A stretch of 64,000 nucleotides of DNA from Eledone cirrhosa (GCA_964016885.1 OZ024742.1:104222001-104286000); one strand, 5' to 3'; numbered from the stretch's first letter, positions 40,691 through 53,912 are shown. The notes: generated by a model not told the origin, from the letters alone. Numbers and translations: made by a program.

Positions 40691-41541
40691 ATAATAATAA
40701 TAATGAAATTATTGTGTACAGTGCTCAGGTGCACTACAACTCATCAAAGGTGCATGTATAGTACATAGAATAATGTACAAATGTCAGGAAAATAAACAGT
40801 GTATGAGTCATGATATAATAACAATAACAATAATGAAATATTGTGCACAGTGCCCAGGTGCACCACAACCCATCAAAAAAGTGCATGTACAGTACATAGG
40901 GCAATGCACAAACATCAGTAAAATGAACAGTGCACACATGTGTGCATGTGTATGGAAGGGGCACATCAGGTGTAGTTTTGGCGTATTTCGGGAAGCATGA
41001 GTGTCTTAAAGGATGCAGTGTCTCGGCAGCTAACAATTGACGCAGGCAGTTTGTTCCATGTTTCAGCAACTCTGAGCGTGAAAAAATGTCTGCGAAAGTC
41101 ATGGGAGCTGTGCTGTTTTCTTATCTTGTAGGCATGTCCACGTGTGTTAGACACATGGAGATCAAAGAGGCGCTCAGGGTTGCAGTTGGCGAGATGGTTA
41201 AAAACTTTGTGGGTATTCACCAAGTCCACTGCCAGACGTCGGAGCTTCAATGAATCCATGCCCAGGGAAGCAAGGCGTTCAGAGTATGGTAGGTGTCTGA
41301 TGGAGGGTATGCGCTTGGTTGCACGTCTCTGAACAGTTTCCAGGAGGTCAATGTTCCGAGCAAGATAGGGGTTCCAGACTGATGATGCGAATTCCAAGTG
41401 TGGTCGCACCATAGCTGTATACAGTTTTAAATAGATGGCTGGAGAGCGGCTAACAAAGGTCTTGCTGAGTGATGCCAAGACACCCTCGGCCTTCTTGACA
41501 ATCTTAGAGACATGCTTTGTCCAACGCAAATCGTTGCTGAC
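40689..41541 (-). mobile_element. 5'-truncated CR1-like LINE (RT C-terminus and 3' UTR with a duplicated tail)
   Basis: SNDLRWTKHV...LYTAMVRPHLEFASSVWNPY...LETVQRRATK...TRGH...FFTLRVAETWNKLP; tail gcacctgagcactgtacacaataatttcattattatt. Confidence 0.9.
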
Positions 41542-41644
41542 ATATATATATATATATATATACATATCCAGGGAGTGTAACTTTGAGTTACTGTAGGTTC
41601 ACCCAGGTGAGCACTCGATGTTTAGGTTCACTTCAGTGAATTAC

Positions 41645-41756
41645 CATTACAAGAGGTCTGATGAGCCGTGGATTACAGAGTCGGGTCAGATCGATACAGA
41701 TCCAACCTTGAGCTGATCAGTGGTGAAACGTGCGTCACCAACCAATAAACGTAATG
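41645..41756 (+). ncRNA. Type I hammerhead ribozyme motif with an intact catalytic core
   Basis: ggt-CUGAUGA(41658-64)-gccg...uggu-GAAA(41725-28)-cg-ug-c-GUC(41734-36)-acc. Stem I is ggu/acc plus a distal cauuac/guaaug helix; AATAAA at 41744-49. Confidence 0.75.
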
Positions 41757-41929
41757 AAGGAGTAACCAAACGTCCTTGTTATTTTATTTCTCTCTATATA
41801 TATATGACCACAGCCGAAATACGATCTCGCTGGAATTATATTTATATATATATAGGATACCCAATCCACATCTCCCCATACATTCAGTACTACCATGATT
41901 AGTAGTCCCCCCAGTCTCCACACTGCAGA

Positions 41930-42057
<128 letters not shown>

Positions 42058-42163
42058 TCATTATTATCATCGTTTAACGTCCATCTTCCACACTAGCATG
42101 GGTTAGACGGGAGTCTAACCCATGCTAGCGTGTGTGTGTGTGTATATATATATATAAATATAT

Positions 42164-42504
42164 GGAGGCACATGGCTTAGTGGTTAGAGCATTAGCCTTG
42201 CAATCGAAAGGTTGTGAGTTCAATTCTCAGACCGGGTGATGTGTTGTTTCCTTGAGCAAGACACTTTATTTCACATTGCTCCAGTTTACTCAGCTGTAGA
42301 AATGAGATGATAGGGACTGGGGTCCATATCATTCCACTGCAAAGTGGTCGTGCAGGTGCCACGGAAAAAAAGCACCCAGCACTCACTGTAAATGAGGTTG
42401 GTGTTAGGAAGGGCATCCAGCTGTAGAAATCAAGCCAGAATCAGTTCCCGTCCCACCCTTGCAAGCAGGGAAAAAGCGGACGTAAAATGAAATGATGATG
42501 ATGA
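42164..42504 (+). mobile_element. Young full-length tRNA-derived SINE (family B; V/CORE-like middle, RTE-like 3' tail, (TGA)n)
   Basis: A box tggcttagtgg, B box gttcaattc; ccttgagcaagacacttt; near-identical to 9971-10310 and 45187-45532. Confidence 0.9.
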
Positions 42505-42514
42505 TATATATATA

Positions 42515-42650
42515 TAATATAGAAATGGCTTCTACAGGACTAGAACTCTTTCATTTGGGAGAAATCATCTAGTCCTGTAGAAGTCATTTCTATATTAAAT
42601 ATTTATACTCTGCTATATATTGAGTACCTTGCTTACTGTGGTTACCCCCT
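42515..42650 (+). repeat. Inverted repeat (30-bp arms) plus a tail of the fold-back element group
   Basis: 42515-42544 pairs with 42568-42597; followed by tactctgc...tattgagtac. Confidence 0.75.
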
Positions 42651-45186
42651 AGTGAACCCAGGATAAACTTATATATATAGGAACAAGACATGGGTGGTGA
42701 ATGTGGAGCAGTGGTGAATGCTGGAAAGAACAGAAATGAGAATGGTTCAATGGATGAGTGGAATATTCCTCAGAAAGAGGAAGACAACCAATAAATTGTA
42801 GAGGATGTTGGGAATAGAACCAGGGATGAACATTATGTAGAGAAATGGTGATGAAGGGGTGTGCAGACAATAGGGCAAAATGGTTCTTATAATGAGCCTT
42901 TCAAGTCCAAACCCCGCTTTACTCAATTTTTTTCCAACTATTATTTATAGTCATTGCCTATTATTGTAGTGATCTGTGTTGGGACGACTACATTTCAAAT
43001 TTTTCCAATGTTTCCTAAGTCAACCAGATGTTTACTTTCTATATCCAATACTCTCGTTTTTTCAGTATGTTCACACTGACACACGTCTGTTTGATTGTAT
43101 ATATAGCACGTCTCAATGGCTGCTATATGAATTGAAATTTTGACCCAGGGCTGGATCAACCATTAAGCAAAATAAGCACATGCTTAAGAACAACATCAAG
43201 GGAAGATCGGCACTATTTTTTTTTTTTTTGTATACTTTATATAGGGGTGAGCGACCATAATCATTTAAATGCTTTGGGTCTCATCAAGCAATTTGATCCG
43301 AGAATCTTCCAGGCAGACACTGTTTGAAGTGACAAAACTAGACAAAATATAAGATGGTGTGAGGATGGAGAAGAGTATTAGAGGGAACAGGGCAGTGAGC
43401 ATGTGTTGACTATTGAAACCACTATTTCTAACATTGTAGAGTACCTGAAAGTTTGTCAACAGGAAAAAACAATACTGTTAAAATTTAAAGATTCCAAAAT
43501 AAACTTTTTTTTTAGTGAACATTGAAGGTATAGAAATAAAAAGGTACATTTCATGAAGGACATTTCATTTGGGTTTTAATTAAGCAAATTGGTGCAGGAA
43601 TCTGAAGTAGAATTTAAGCTTTGGGTATTCATATACAATTATATCAAACAAAGAGGCTGATTATAAAAAAATAAAATAAAATAAAATAAAATAAAATAAA
43701 ATAAAATAAAAAAAATAAATGAATAAAATTTAAAAAATTGAAATGAATACATAAAAAAATTGGTTGACTTACAAAGCATGGGAAAGTTTGAAATTTGAAA
43801 ATATAGTCACCGCAATACAGATAACTAGAATAATAGTTAATTATTATTTAGAGATGCAAGGTCAGATTCCTTACAGGTGTGTGTCTATTTTTCTCCTGTG
43901 TCCAGGGGTACTTTACCTGATTTATTCTACTATTATTTATAGTTATTTACATGGTGGTGACTATATTTTCAAATTTCAAATAAATATAAGCAAAATAGTA
44001 GTTGAAGCATTATCACATTCTTGCTTTTTTATGATGTAGCTAATGAATATTTGTCTATGAGGCACATGTAATATGTTTTTGTAAAGGTTTTTCTATATAT
44101 ATATAATTATAAAATGTTAGACAATAAAAGAACAAGACAAGGTGAAGTAATTAATCAATCCATTGTTTTACTATCATTTTAGAAAGGAAAATTATCGATG
44201 GCAGTTATACCATTAGCCATAAAAAAAAAACATCCTTTCTGCTGTCTATCCTCAGAAACAATGTATGTATGTATGTATGTATGTATGTGTGTATATAACG
44301 AAGGAGTTGTGGTAAGGAATCAGATGGACCATAACGCACCAGAGTACTCAATACTTAGGGTAGTAGAGTGGGTAATAGGAAAATGTATGACCCCGACGGC
44401 AGAGCTCAAGCCGTTTCGACGGCTATTTCTGGACTGTGTGTGTGTGTGTGTCTGTATATATATATATATATATAAAAGAGAAGAAACGGACAAATGAACT
44501 AGATACATCTCACTGCACCCTGCCACCACAATAACGTCTAGACTCTCTCCCTACCACCACATTTACATTTACACATGTCATTACCCTTGTAGACTAAAGT
44601 CATTGACCTGTTGCCAAACTTTCTACTCTGTGTTGAATGTGTATATATATATATATATATATATGTGTGTATATACATCACTCAGTCAAATGACAAGATT
44701 TCAACCCCAACATCTACAACAACAACACCGGCACTAATGTTTATAGGAACAACAGCTTCAGAATGAAATGAAATGAACATTTACAACAACAACAGCAGCA
44801 TCAAACGATAAAAAACAAAACACACACACAACAACAACAACATCAACTGCCACCACCATCCACCGCCGCCATCACCATCACCAGCGATCGGGCCTTAAGA
44901 AAACAACAACTTTAATAATAATAATTTCTCTGCTTTTGGCATGGAGCCAGCGATTGTCCCAGCGCATTACTGGTGCTCTCTTTTGTTGACTCCGTGGGGA
45001 TGAAAGGCAAGGCAAGGTTGATCTCGGCGGGATTTGAGCTCGGAGCGTGGAGGGCCATAGCTCTATGCTGTAAAGCAATTATAATAATACTGAACGGTAA
45101 CACGAACAGCTTCAACTATACAAACTCTTTCGAAAGTCAACAGTTGACATAATCTTGTATCAGTAATGACGGTAATATATATATAT

Positions 45187-45532
45187 CATCATCATCATAT
45201 CATTTTACATCCGCTTTTTCCCTGCTTGCAAGGGTGGGACAGGAATTGATTCTGGCTTGATTTCTACAGATGGATGCCCTTCCTAACACCAACCTCATTT
45301 ACAGTGAGTGCTGGGTGATGGGTGCTTTTTTGCCGTGGCACCTCCACGACCACTTTGCAGTGGAATGATATGGACCCCAGTCCCTATCATCTCATTTCTA
45401 CAGCTGAGTAAACTGGAGCAATGAGAAATAAAGTGCGTACTCAAGGAAACAACACATCACCCGGTCTGAGAATTGAACTCACAACCTTTCGATTGCAAGG
45501 CCAATGCTCTAACCACTGAGCCATGTGCCTCC
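45187..45532 (-). mobile_element. SINE family B copy
   Basis: Reverse complement nearly identical to 42164-42504. Confidence 0.9.
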
Positions 45533-45677
45533 ATCTATATATATATGTATATATGTGTGTGTGTGTGTGTGTGTTTGTATGCATGAGTGTTGGTGTGTGC
45601 GCGTGTATGTGTGTGTGTGTGTGTGTGTGTGCGTGTGTCGTACGTATGAGTGTCAATAAGTGAGTTTTTTTTTTTAT

Positions 45678-45965
45678 GCGCGGGGACATAGAAATAGTCG
45701 GGCTGGATACCCGATCGTGCAGTTAAACCACTGGGAGTGAAGAACCCGTAGCCCTTGTCAGGGCATTCTTCTAGGAGAAGGCATCTCAGGAAACTGGGTT
45801 AACTCCGACATAAAACCTGCGGCTCAGTAGTTTCCGATGATGTTGATGTTTTCTTCTTTTCGGGTTATAGCTACTGTCGCCCAGAGAGTGGGATTGGTTC
45901 AGTGCACAGTCTTTCCTCACTCTAAAAATATTCTTCACGCACAGGTATTGCACGATTGCATTAAT
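45678..45965 (+). mobile_element. Probable RTE-related non-autonomous retroelement fragment
   Basis: GC-richer block with tctaggagaagg...aaacc, resembling RTE 5'-UTR motifs, ending in a (TAA/TAT)n tail. Confidence 0.35.
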
Positions 45966-46039
45966 TAATAATTATTAATAGTGTATTATTATTATTATTG
46001 TTATTATTATTATTGTTACTATTATTATTAACCCCCCCC

Positions 46040-49000
46040 CCCCCCTCTCCCAATTCAATGATGTTTCTAAACAAGAGATAATTGGCAATAAGAGTTCTGA
46101 AACAAAAGAGATAATTGGCAATAAGGGCAAGGGCCCCAGGTTATCACAGCCTGGGTCCACTCGTCATCGTGCCACTGTAATAGAGCCAAACAAGGCATTT
46201 AGTCTTGGCTGCTGGAACGTACGGATGCTGCTTGACAGGTATTCCTTGGAACGTTCTGAACGAAGGACCGCTCTTGTTGCAAAGGGGCTTCGACATTACG
46301 ATCTTGACATCGTAGCTTTGGAATGTAATCGGAAGGCATGGGGTGGGAAAGTGTAACAACAATGGTATGCTCCTGCTGCAGATGTATGAGGAGCTGGATC
46401 TGTGTGTTACCAACACCATGTTCCAACAAAAGAACACATTTAAGACTATATGGATGCATCCTGCATCTAAGGAATGGCATCTTTTGAACTACGTCCTTGT
46501 CAGGAAGCACGACAGACGGGATGTGCAGTGTGTTTGTGCTCTTCGTAGAGCTGAGTGCTGGGCGGACCACCACCTGGTACGCGCAAAAGTGAAACTAATC
46601 ACTAAACGTAAAATCCGGGCTCCTGGTGTTACCCTGCCTAGAAGATTGAATGCTGCTCGTCTTAGGGATAAAAATGTGAAGAGGACATTGCGAGAAGAAA
46701 TGCAGGTTGCGGATCTTGGTAAGGATTGGCCGATCCTTAAAAAGTCGGTTTATGATGTAGAGAAAACATCAAGACTGGTTTAATGAGAATGATGAACATA
46801 TAGAAGACTTGTTGGCTGATAAGAGGCGTGCTCTGTCACGCTACTTGATGGCAAAACCACAGGAGAAGAATATGTTGCATAAGGAACTCAAGGATGTAAA
46901 ATCACGTGTTAGGCGGAGTCTTTCTCAGATGAAGGATCAGTGGTGGAGTGAGAAGGCTGATGAGATACAAACTGTGTCAGATTACAATAACACAAAACTG
47001 TTGTACAGTCTCAGGTGACACCGCTTCGCAGCAAGGATGGCAAAGAACTTCTTCATGACTCACAAGGAATTCTACGAAGGTGGCGAGAGCGCTTTCATGA
47101 GCTTTTGAATCATCTGTCTGTCATTAATGAAGATTTCCTCAATCTCATTCCAGAAAGTCCTGTGAAAGTAGCTCTCGCAGAACCTCCGATGCCTGTGGAG
47201 GTTTCAGTGGCTATCTCGAAGCTGAACAGTGGATGGTCTCCAGGTATGGATAGCATACATGCAGAGCTCCTACAGTATGGTGGTGAGAGACTTCTGCAAC
47301 ATCTTCACTCTTTGTTTGGCAGGATATGGACTAATGAATCCGTACCTGAGGACTGGAGAGATGCAGTAATGGTCGTCTTGTACAAGGGAAAGGGTAACAT
47401 GAATGATTGTAGGAACTACAATCATTGCTTTCTGTCGTAGAGAAAGTTTTATGTAGGGTGCTTCTGGACCGTCTGCTGACACACATTGCAGATTGTATTC
47501 TTCCTGAAAGTCAATCTGGTTTTCGTGCTGCACGCGACAGTACTGATATGATCTTCTCAGCTAGACAGCTCCAGGAGAAGTGCTTGGATCCGTATCAGGT
47601 TTTTGTCAATCTGACAAAAGCTTTCGATACTGTTAACAGAAATGCATTATGGAAGGTTCTCCAGAAACTTGGTTGCCCTGATAAGTTCCTTGCTTTAGTT
47701 AGGTCTTTCCATGACAACATGAAGGCTTGGGTTAATGTCGGAGCCTATCTCAGTAAAAAATGGAGTGAAACGGAGATATTCCAGCACCGACCCTGTTTGC
47801 CATATACTTTGCAATGGTTTTCTATATTGCATTCAGAAATTGCGAGCATGGTGTTTACATCCGATATCGAACCTCAGGCAGCATATTTAACATCAGGTGC
47901 TTTGCTGCAAAAACAAAAGTATTTACATCAATCATAAGAGACCTCTGTATGCAGATGATTGCGATCTTTTAGCGCACAGAGTGATATGCAGCACATTTTG
48001 AATGCATTTTCTGATGCTTGCACTGCCCTAGGATTGACTGTCAGTCTCAAGAAAACCCCCGTCATGTACCAACCTGCCCTTGGTAAGCAGTACAGTGAAC
48101 CAAATATCTATGTGTATGGTAAACGACTTGGAGTGGTTGATCAGTTTGTCTACCTGGGAAGCACTGTCAATCGATACAGCAACCTTGATAATGAAATCCC
48201 ACTCAGGATTAGGGAAGCAAGTGATGCTTTCGGAAAGCTAGAAAGGCGACTCTGGGGTCGGCGAGACATATGCAAGAAGACAAAGGTAAAGGTGTACAAG
48301 GCATGTGTGCTCTCTTCTCTTCTTTATGCCTGCGAGACCTGGGTCACATATCGACACCACCTTAAGCAATTAGAGCGTTTTCATCAGATGTGTCTCAGAC
48401 GGATCCATGGCGTTCACTGGAGGGACCACATCAGTGATGTCGAGATTTTGGAAAGCTCACTGTGTGACAGTATAGAAGCTCTTGTGCTTAAGCAACGACT
48501 CCGCTGGAGTGGTCACCTTGCCAGGATGAAGGATTTTAGAATACCAAAACAACTCTTTTATGGAGAGTTAGTTAAAGGAAAACGACCGCCACATAAACCA
48601 AAAAAGAGGTATAAGCCTCTTTGAAATACACTAACATCTCTGCTGATACATGGGAAAATGTTGCTGCTGATCATAATAAATGGAGAAAGACTGTATATGA
48701 GGGAAAAGTTGCCTTTGAGGCATCTTGAATCACATACGAGAAAGTAAAGCGGGATGTGAGGAAGGGCATTGCTGTTGCATTTCCAGACGGCGAGGGTCCT
48801 CCTATGGTGCTGACATGCAGCGTCTGTGTTAGACTCTGCCTAAGCAAAGCTGGACTCGAAAGTCATCTTCACAGTCATAAAGTGAGACCAGTGGTTGACA
48901 ACCAGGCTGCTATTGGAGATGCTACTCATCATGCTTGCCAAGCATGTGGTAGAGAATGTAAATCAGCAGGAGGGCACAAACAACATGCAATAGTACATGA

Positions 49001-49260
49001 ACTCCAACTACAGCCGGCTATTCCCAGTGAATGTTTTGGTTGCCAACTCTGTGCAAGACATTTTAGATCATTGGCTGGGCTAAAAAGCCACATTCGATCG
49101 CAGCGCTGTTAATTGCTATCGTATGTTTGTGTGTGTGCGTGTGTGTATATATATATATATATATATGTATATTTTTTATTGTTGTTGTTGTTATTATTAT
49201 TATGTTTTTGTTTTTTTTCTCGTGCAATGGCCATACTCGATAACGAGGAGGCAGGCATCA
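46040..49260 (+). mobile_element. Decayed RTE-clade LINE (APE endonuclease, reverse transcriptase, C-terminal C2H2 fingers) with frameshifts and stops
   Basis: WNVRMLLD...ERRTALVA...YDLDIVAL at about 46210-46320; TIWMHPASKEWHLLNY; ILPESQSGFR; NLTKAFDTVNR; LYADD at about 47945-47959; FVYLGS; LRWSGHLARM. Confidence 0.92.
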
Positions 49261-49358
49261 TATATATATATGTGTTAAAAAAATGAGGAAGTTTTGCTTA
49301 CATGCAATAGATTTTTTTTATTGTGTATCGATCTGTTACGCGCATTTTGCAGAGGATT

Positions 49359-49483
49359 GGCTCATGATCACCCATAGGAGTTATGGACCCGACTCCATTA
49401 TTGATCTGCTCTTCAGACTGGTGATGTGAAGAGCAGATCGATAATGTAGTCGGGTTCGTAACTCCTATGGGTGACCATGAGCC
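49359..49483. repeat. Inverted repeat with 57-bp arms, overlapping a degenerate minus-strand hammerhead
   Basis: ggctcatgatcacccataggag...gctcttca pairs with tgaagagc...ctcctatgggtgaccatgagcc; minus strand reads CUGAAGA-gcaga...ucugc-AAAAU-gcgc-GUA. Confidence 0.85.
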
Positions 49484-49485
49484 TA

Positions 49486-49548
<63 letters not shown>

Positions 49549-50232
49549 GACTTGAACATGACTAGTTGTTTCCTACTCTATGAATTTGTATGAGGCAAAT
49601 TCTCAGAGAACGAAATAGAATTAGTGCTGTAAGAGCCATAAATTTAAGTAGATGTAATATATATATATATATATATATATTCTTCTTTGTGTATTGAGTA
49701 ATTTGCCTAAAATTATGGTTCGTTCCTTTCATATTGGAACATTCCATCATTCTTTCATAATACAAAATACATTCATGTAACTATCTCATCATCATTGTTT
49801 AATGTCTGCTTTCCATGTTAGCAAAGGTTGAATGGGTCTACATAGACCAAGTCAGTACTAAAATGGGACTACTGACTTCCAAGACAGGCCGGAGATGTCT
49901 GCATATCGCTTATGTACGTTCTTGCATACTATCAAGTGCACAGGAGAAGTTGTCAGGTTTTTGACACAATTGTAGAGTCCTCCAACCTTTGTTGGATGAC
50001 TCTTCAGTTGTGTCAAAGACATGCAACTATATATATTATATAAAGTATGTGAGCCCTATGGTCATGCTTAAACTGTTTCCCACTATGTATGATAAATATA
50101 GTGCATCTAAAACCACTTCCTAAAATGAGTCCTTTCCTTTTTAAAGCAGTAGGGTGTGGTTTGAGTGAGGTCTGGATGTTTTTCTAACACTGCTATATGT
50201 CTAAATATATATCTATATAAAGAACTGTTAAA

Positions 50233-50433
50233 CTCTTTAGCATTCACATTATATTTACTATTGTATTTTCACAGAAAGAACTTCATCTCACATAACTGTC
50301 TCACATAATATCAAATCTACGAGATTTTGATATTTATTTTGAAAACAATACCTTAATGTTGGTATGAGCGGCCAGTTACGACCGGTTTGAACAGAAAGAG
50401 GTGAGAGATACAGCCAGTTTAAATGCTAAAGGG
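50233..50433. mobile_element. piggyBac-type MITE, family 1
   Basis: Same TIRs and internal sequence; right flank TTAA. Confidence 0.8.
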
Positions 50434-52697
50434 TTAAATATCTGTCTAAATATGTACCTATTTACCTGTCTAAATCTATCTGTAGATGTGTTTAAATCTC
50501 TCTCTAAATATCTGAACTTTAGAAACATTTCTTTAAACTATTAACTGTCTATATGTTTACAGATTACTATTGCATTTTTCATCTGTATAAATTAACAGCA
50601 CATCTGTCTCCTCTGTATATATATATATATATACTGCATTGCTATTTATATAACCTGATGCAGCTGGCTCTTATTTTCTTTGATTATATTCTATCTAGTT
50701 TAGAATAGGTACATTGCATCCTTGCATGTCATAAGAAGCAACAAAATGTTTTGGTGTCAAGAAGGGAATCTGAATGTAAAACATTGCTTCAAAAAACTCA
50801 TCCAATCCATGCTAACATGGAAAAATTGATGTAAAAACAACAATGATGATTTATATGTCATTTGTACCATGACTTTATCTGTCCAATGGTGTACCTACAT
50901 ATATGTCTTTGCTTTTTAAATGGCATGACATTGAACATGTTAACAGTTAATATCTACAAAATATTACTATAGTTTGAGCTCAATCCTTGGTCTCTATCAT
51001 ATTACTACATGCTTAATCCATATTATCCTTATGCTACGGCTTGGTGAGCTGTTATCATCTATATATTTCTTACACAAATGATATGTTTTTGTCTACTGTA
51101 TGATATGATTGCAGTTACGGGTATGGCAGCTTCCCTGATGTTGGTGCCACAATGGAATGCATTCAGTAGCATGTGCAATAGCATGTTGGGCCCCTGCACA
51201 CCTGAGGAGTCAGTAGATCTGCTTGAGTATTGACCAGTCTGTGATGATCTGTCTAACCCTTGTTAGCAGAGAAAATGGACACTAGATAATGCTGAGGATC
51301 TATCTTTCCTGTATCCTATAAGCACCAGCCTGAAGAGCCTCTAGGCTTGAGACAGACTTTAGAAGTATCCATATTTACAGATCTATTACTCATGGTAGTA
51401 AATATATAATTAAATCTTGTCCTCTTTCTATTGAAAGTACTGGGAGATTTCAAATCTTTTGCAAAACAGGTAAATATTTTCTTAAAATCAGATTGTATAG
51501 CTAAACTTCATTTTTAATATTTCTGCAAAGCTGTTATGTACATCTTTAAGTTTTGTTTTGTTTTACAATATATCTCTGTGTATTCAGTTTAGAATAGGCA
51601 CACTATATACCTGTGTGTCATAAGAAGTGACAAAAAGTACCATCCAACCCAAGCCAGCATGGAGAAGTCTATTTAAAACGATGATGATGATAATAAATAC
51701 AACTTTGGAATTTATCCTTAAATAAAAAATATAGAAAATTTATTAATAATTAATATATATATAAAGAAAGAGAAAAATACATTCCGAAGTCAAGAAGTTT
51801 AGAAGTAGAATTAATATTGCTTGTTTTCTTTCTGTCATTCATTCTTTATTTAAGTAAATGCCATCATCATCACTGTTTCATGTCTATATTCCATAGTTGC
51901 ATGGGTTAGATAGGTTACTGATCGTATGTACTGATGCTAGACAGGTCAGGTGACTATGTCTTGGTTGTACATTCAGTTTTTGACCTGGTTTCTACAGTTG
52001 GATGCCTTTGCTAATACCAACTATTTTACAATGTGTACTGAGATCATTTTAGTGATGACTCAGGCACTTACAAAGTGGACTGGGTACTTTTGTTGTGGCA
52101 TTAACACTATCACTTTACATTGCAGACTGGGCACTTTTTGTTGTGGCACCAGCACAGGGTGGACTGAGTGCTTTTTATTGTGGCACCAGCATTATCTCAT
52201 TATCACACTAGGGTACCCAGTAGATCAGGCTGGAGAGACATTGATAGAAAAAAAAAAAATGAGATGATACTTTGTAATTGCAAAAGAAAAATGTCTGAAA
52301 AATCCAGTGTTTATATACAAAATAACATTTAAATAAGCAAAGGCTTCAGTGCATGACCAAAAAAGGTAAGGTAAAAAAAGAAAGCAGTGAAGCAAATGAT
52401 CTATCTAAAAGCGAATGTCAGAGTTAAATATAAAATTACCTTCTTTGTTTTTGTCTTTTTGTATGATGGACAATACTAAAGACGGGAGTCTGTAATCCTA
52501 ACTGTACTAGTTAGAACTACAGAAATATATAATGAATTTATAATGCTATGTATGATTTAAGTGGGATAAAGTTTTGTGATGGACAATACTCAAGCTGGAT
52601 GTTTTACATAACATAGGATTACAGACACATAGTAAAGCTACAAAGCTATATACGATTGAAGCGAGAGACAGTTTGGGATTTAAACCTCTGCTCAAAT

Positions 52698-52810
52698 CAG
52701 TCATGGGAAAACTGCAGCCCACGAGCCACATGTGGTCTGTTTGGCTTTCTGAATGGCACACTTAATTTCGAAATTACTTTGAATCTTTTTAGTAGTGTGG
52801 CCCATGCCTG
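52698..52810. mobile_element. Decayed hAT (Charlie-like) MITE
   Basis: Termini cagtcatggg and cccatgcctg; imperfect 8-bp flanks gctcaaat / gtttaaat. Confidence 0.45.
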
Positions 52811-53864
52811 GTTTAAATCATATATACATATCAGAAATGTTCAAATCTATTAGTAATGAGTGAAAGACAAGATATTTTAAAGGAATAGGAAGAACATACA
52901 GATGAAAGGTAATAGCAACAAAATATACATGAAAGATATACTCTTTAAAGAAACAACAACAATAATAATAGACATTGAAATAAAAAACAATGAGCAATGA
53001 GCAGCAGGAATTAACTAAGGAAAAGAATAGGTAGAAAAAATATATAAATAAAAGAATAAATAAGAGTATTAAAACATGCCAAGAATAAAGAAATAGCATG
53101 GCATAAAAAAATAATAATAATAGCAAAATAAAAAGGTAGTTTTAAACAGAAGAGCTTCACTTAAGGCAGCATAAAGTTCCACTTGCATTAAGGAATGTTT
53201 GTAACAGAGAACCAGTTAGTAACAGGTGAAAATTTACTTTCAGAGATTTCACGTTTCTCCAAGACACTGTTATCAGAAAAGTAAATGTAGGAAATGAATA
53301 AATACATTAATAAGTGGATCCCCAAATTATACCGAAAGTAGGTTCTCTGGTCAAATTGCCTCTTTGAAGGTGAAAATTATGCCTTACTTACCAAACACCT
53401 GTGTAGAAGACCAATGGGTGTGGTCTATGGTAGTGTGTGTGTGAGTGTGGTCTATGGTTGTGAGTGTGTGTGTGGTCTATGGTTCTGTGTTTGTGTAGAA
53501 GTGGGAAGGAGAAACTTTCAATCTTAGAAAAGAGGGGCAGAATACTAATAACTAATAAACTATACAGCAGGGAAATATTTTGCCAAATTACTGACATTAG
53601 ATATGGAAGATTTGGGATTTGTGGGGTGAGGGTTACTTGGAACAGTAGGAGAATGAATAAATTCTGAAGAGCATAATTAATTATAATTACTAATAATAAT
53701 TTTCTATAAGATTCACAGATTTTAAATAATAAAAATATTGGATATGATAAAGTAAGAACTGAAGGGAAGACTTAGTGGAAAACGTTACAAAGTGAGTAAG
53801 AATATAGTAAAAGTATAAAAATAAGGCTATAATCAGTCTTACCAATATAGCACATACAAGTTTA

Positions 53865-53912
<48 letters not shown>

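Noticed and set aside
40155-40768. Long YI/CV/HT-rich ORFs (also near 21.0, 41.7-42.1, 57.3 and 60.1 kb)
   Set aside because: Translations of TA/CA microsatellites.
42164-42240. tRNA gene
   Set aside because: The A and B boxes belong to a SINE head that continues into the SINE body; no complete cloverleaf.
43265-43459. Possible extra tensin exon after a tttcag acceptor
   Set aside because: The required phase-1 frame stops after five codons and no donor is evident.
51325-51360. Hammerhead-like ctgaaga-gcct-ct-aggc
   Set aside because: Followed by ttgagac, not GAAA; no stem I or stem III.
52439-52490. AG...GT-bounded mini-exon candidate
   Set aside because: Stop codon in the phase-1 frame; phases do not fit the neighbouring exons.
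53388-53597. ORF ending at a strong gtaagt donor
   Set aside because: Contains simple repeats and has no clear acceptor or homology; cannot be supported.
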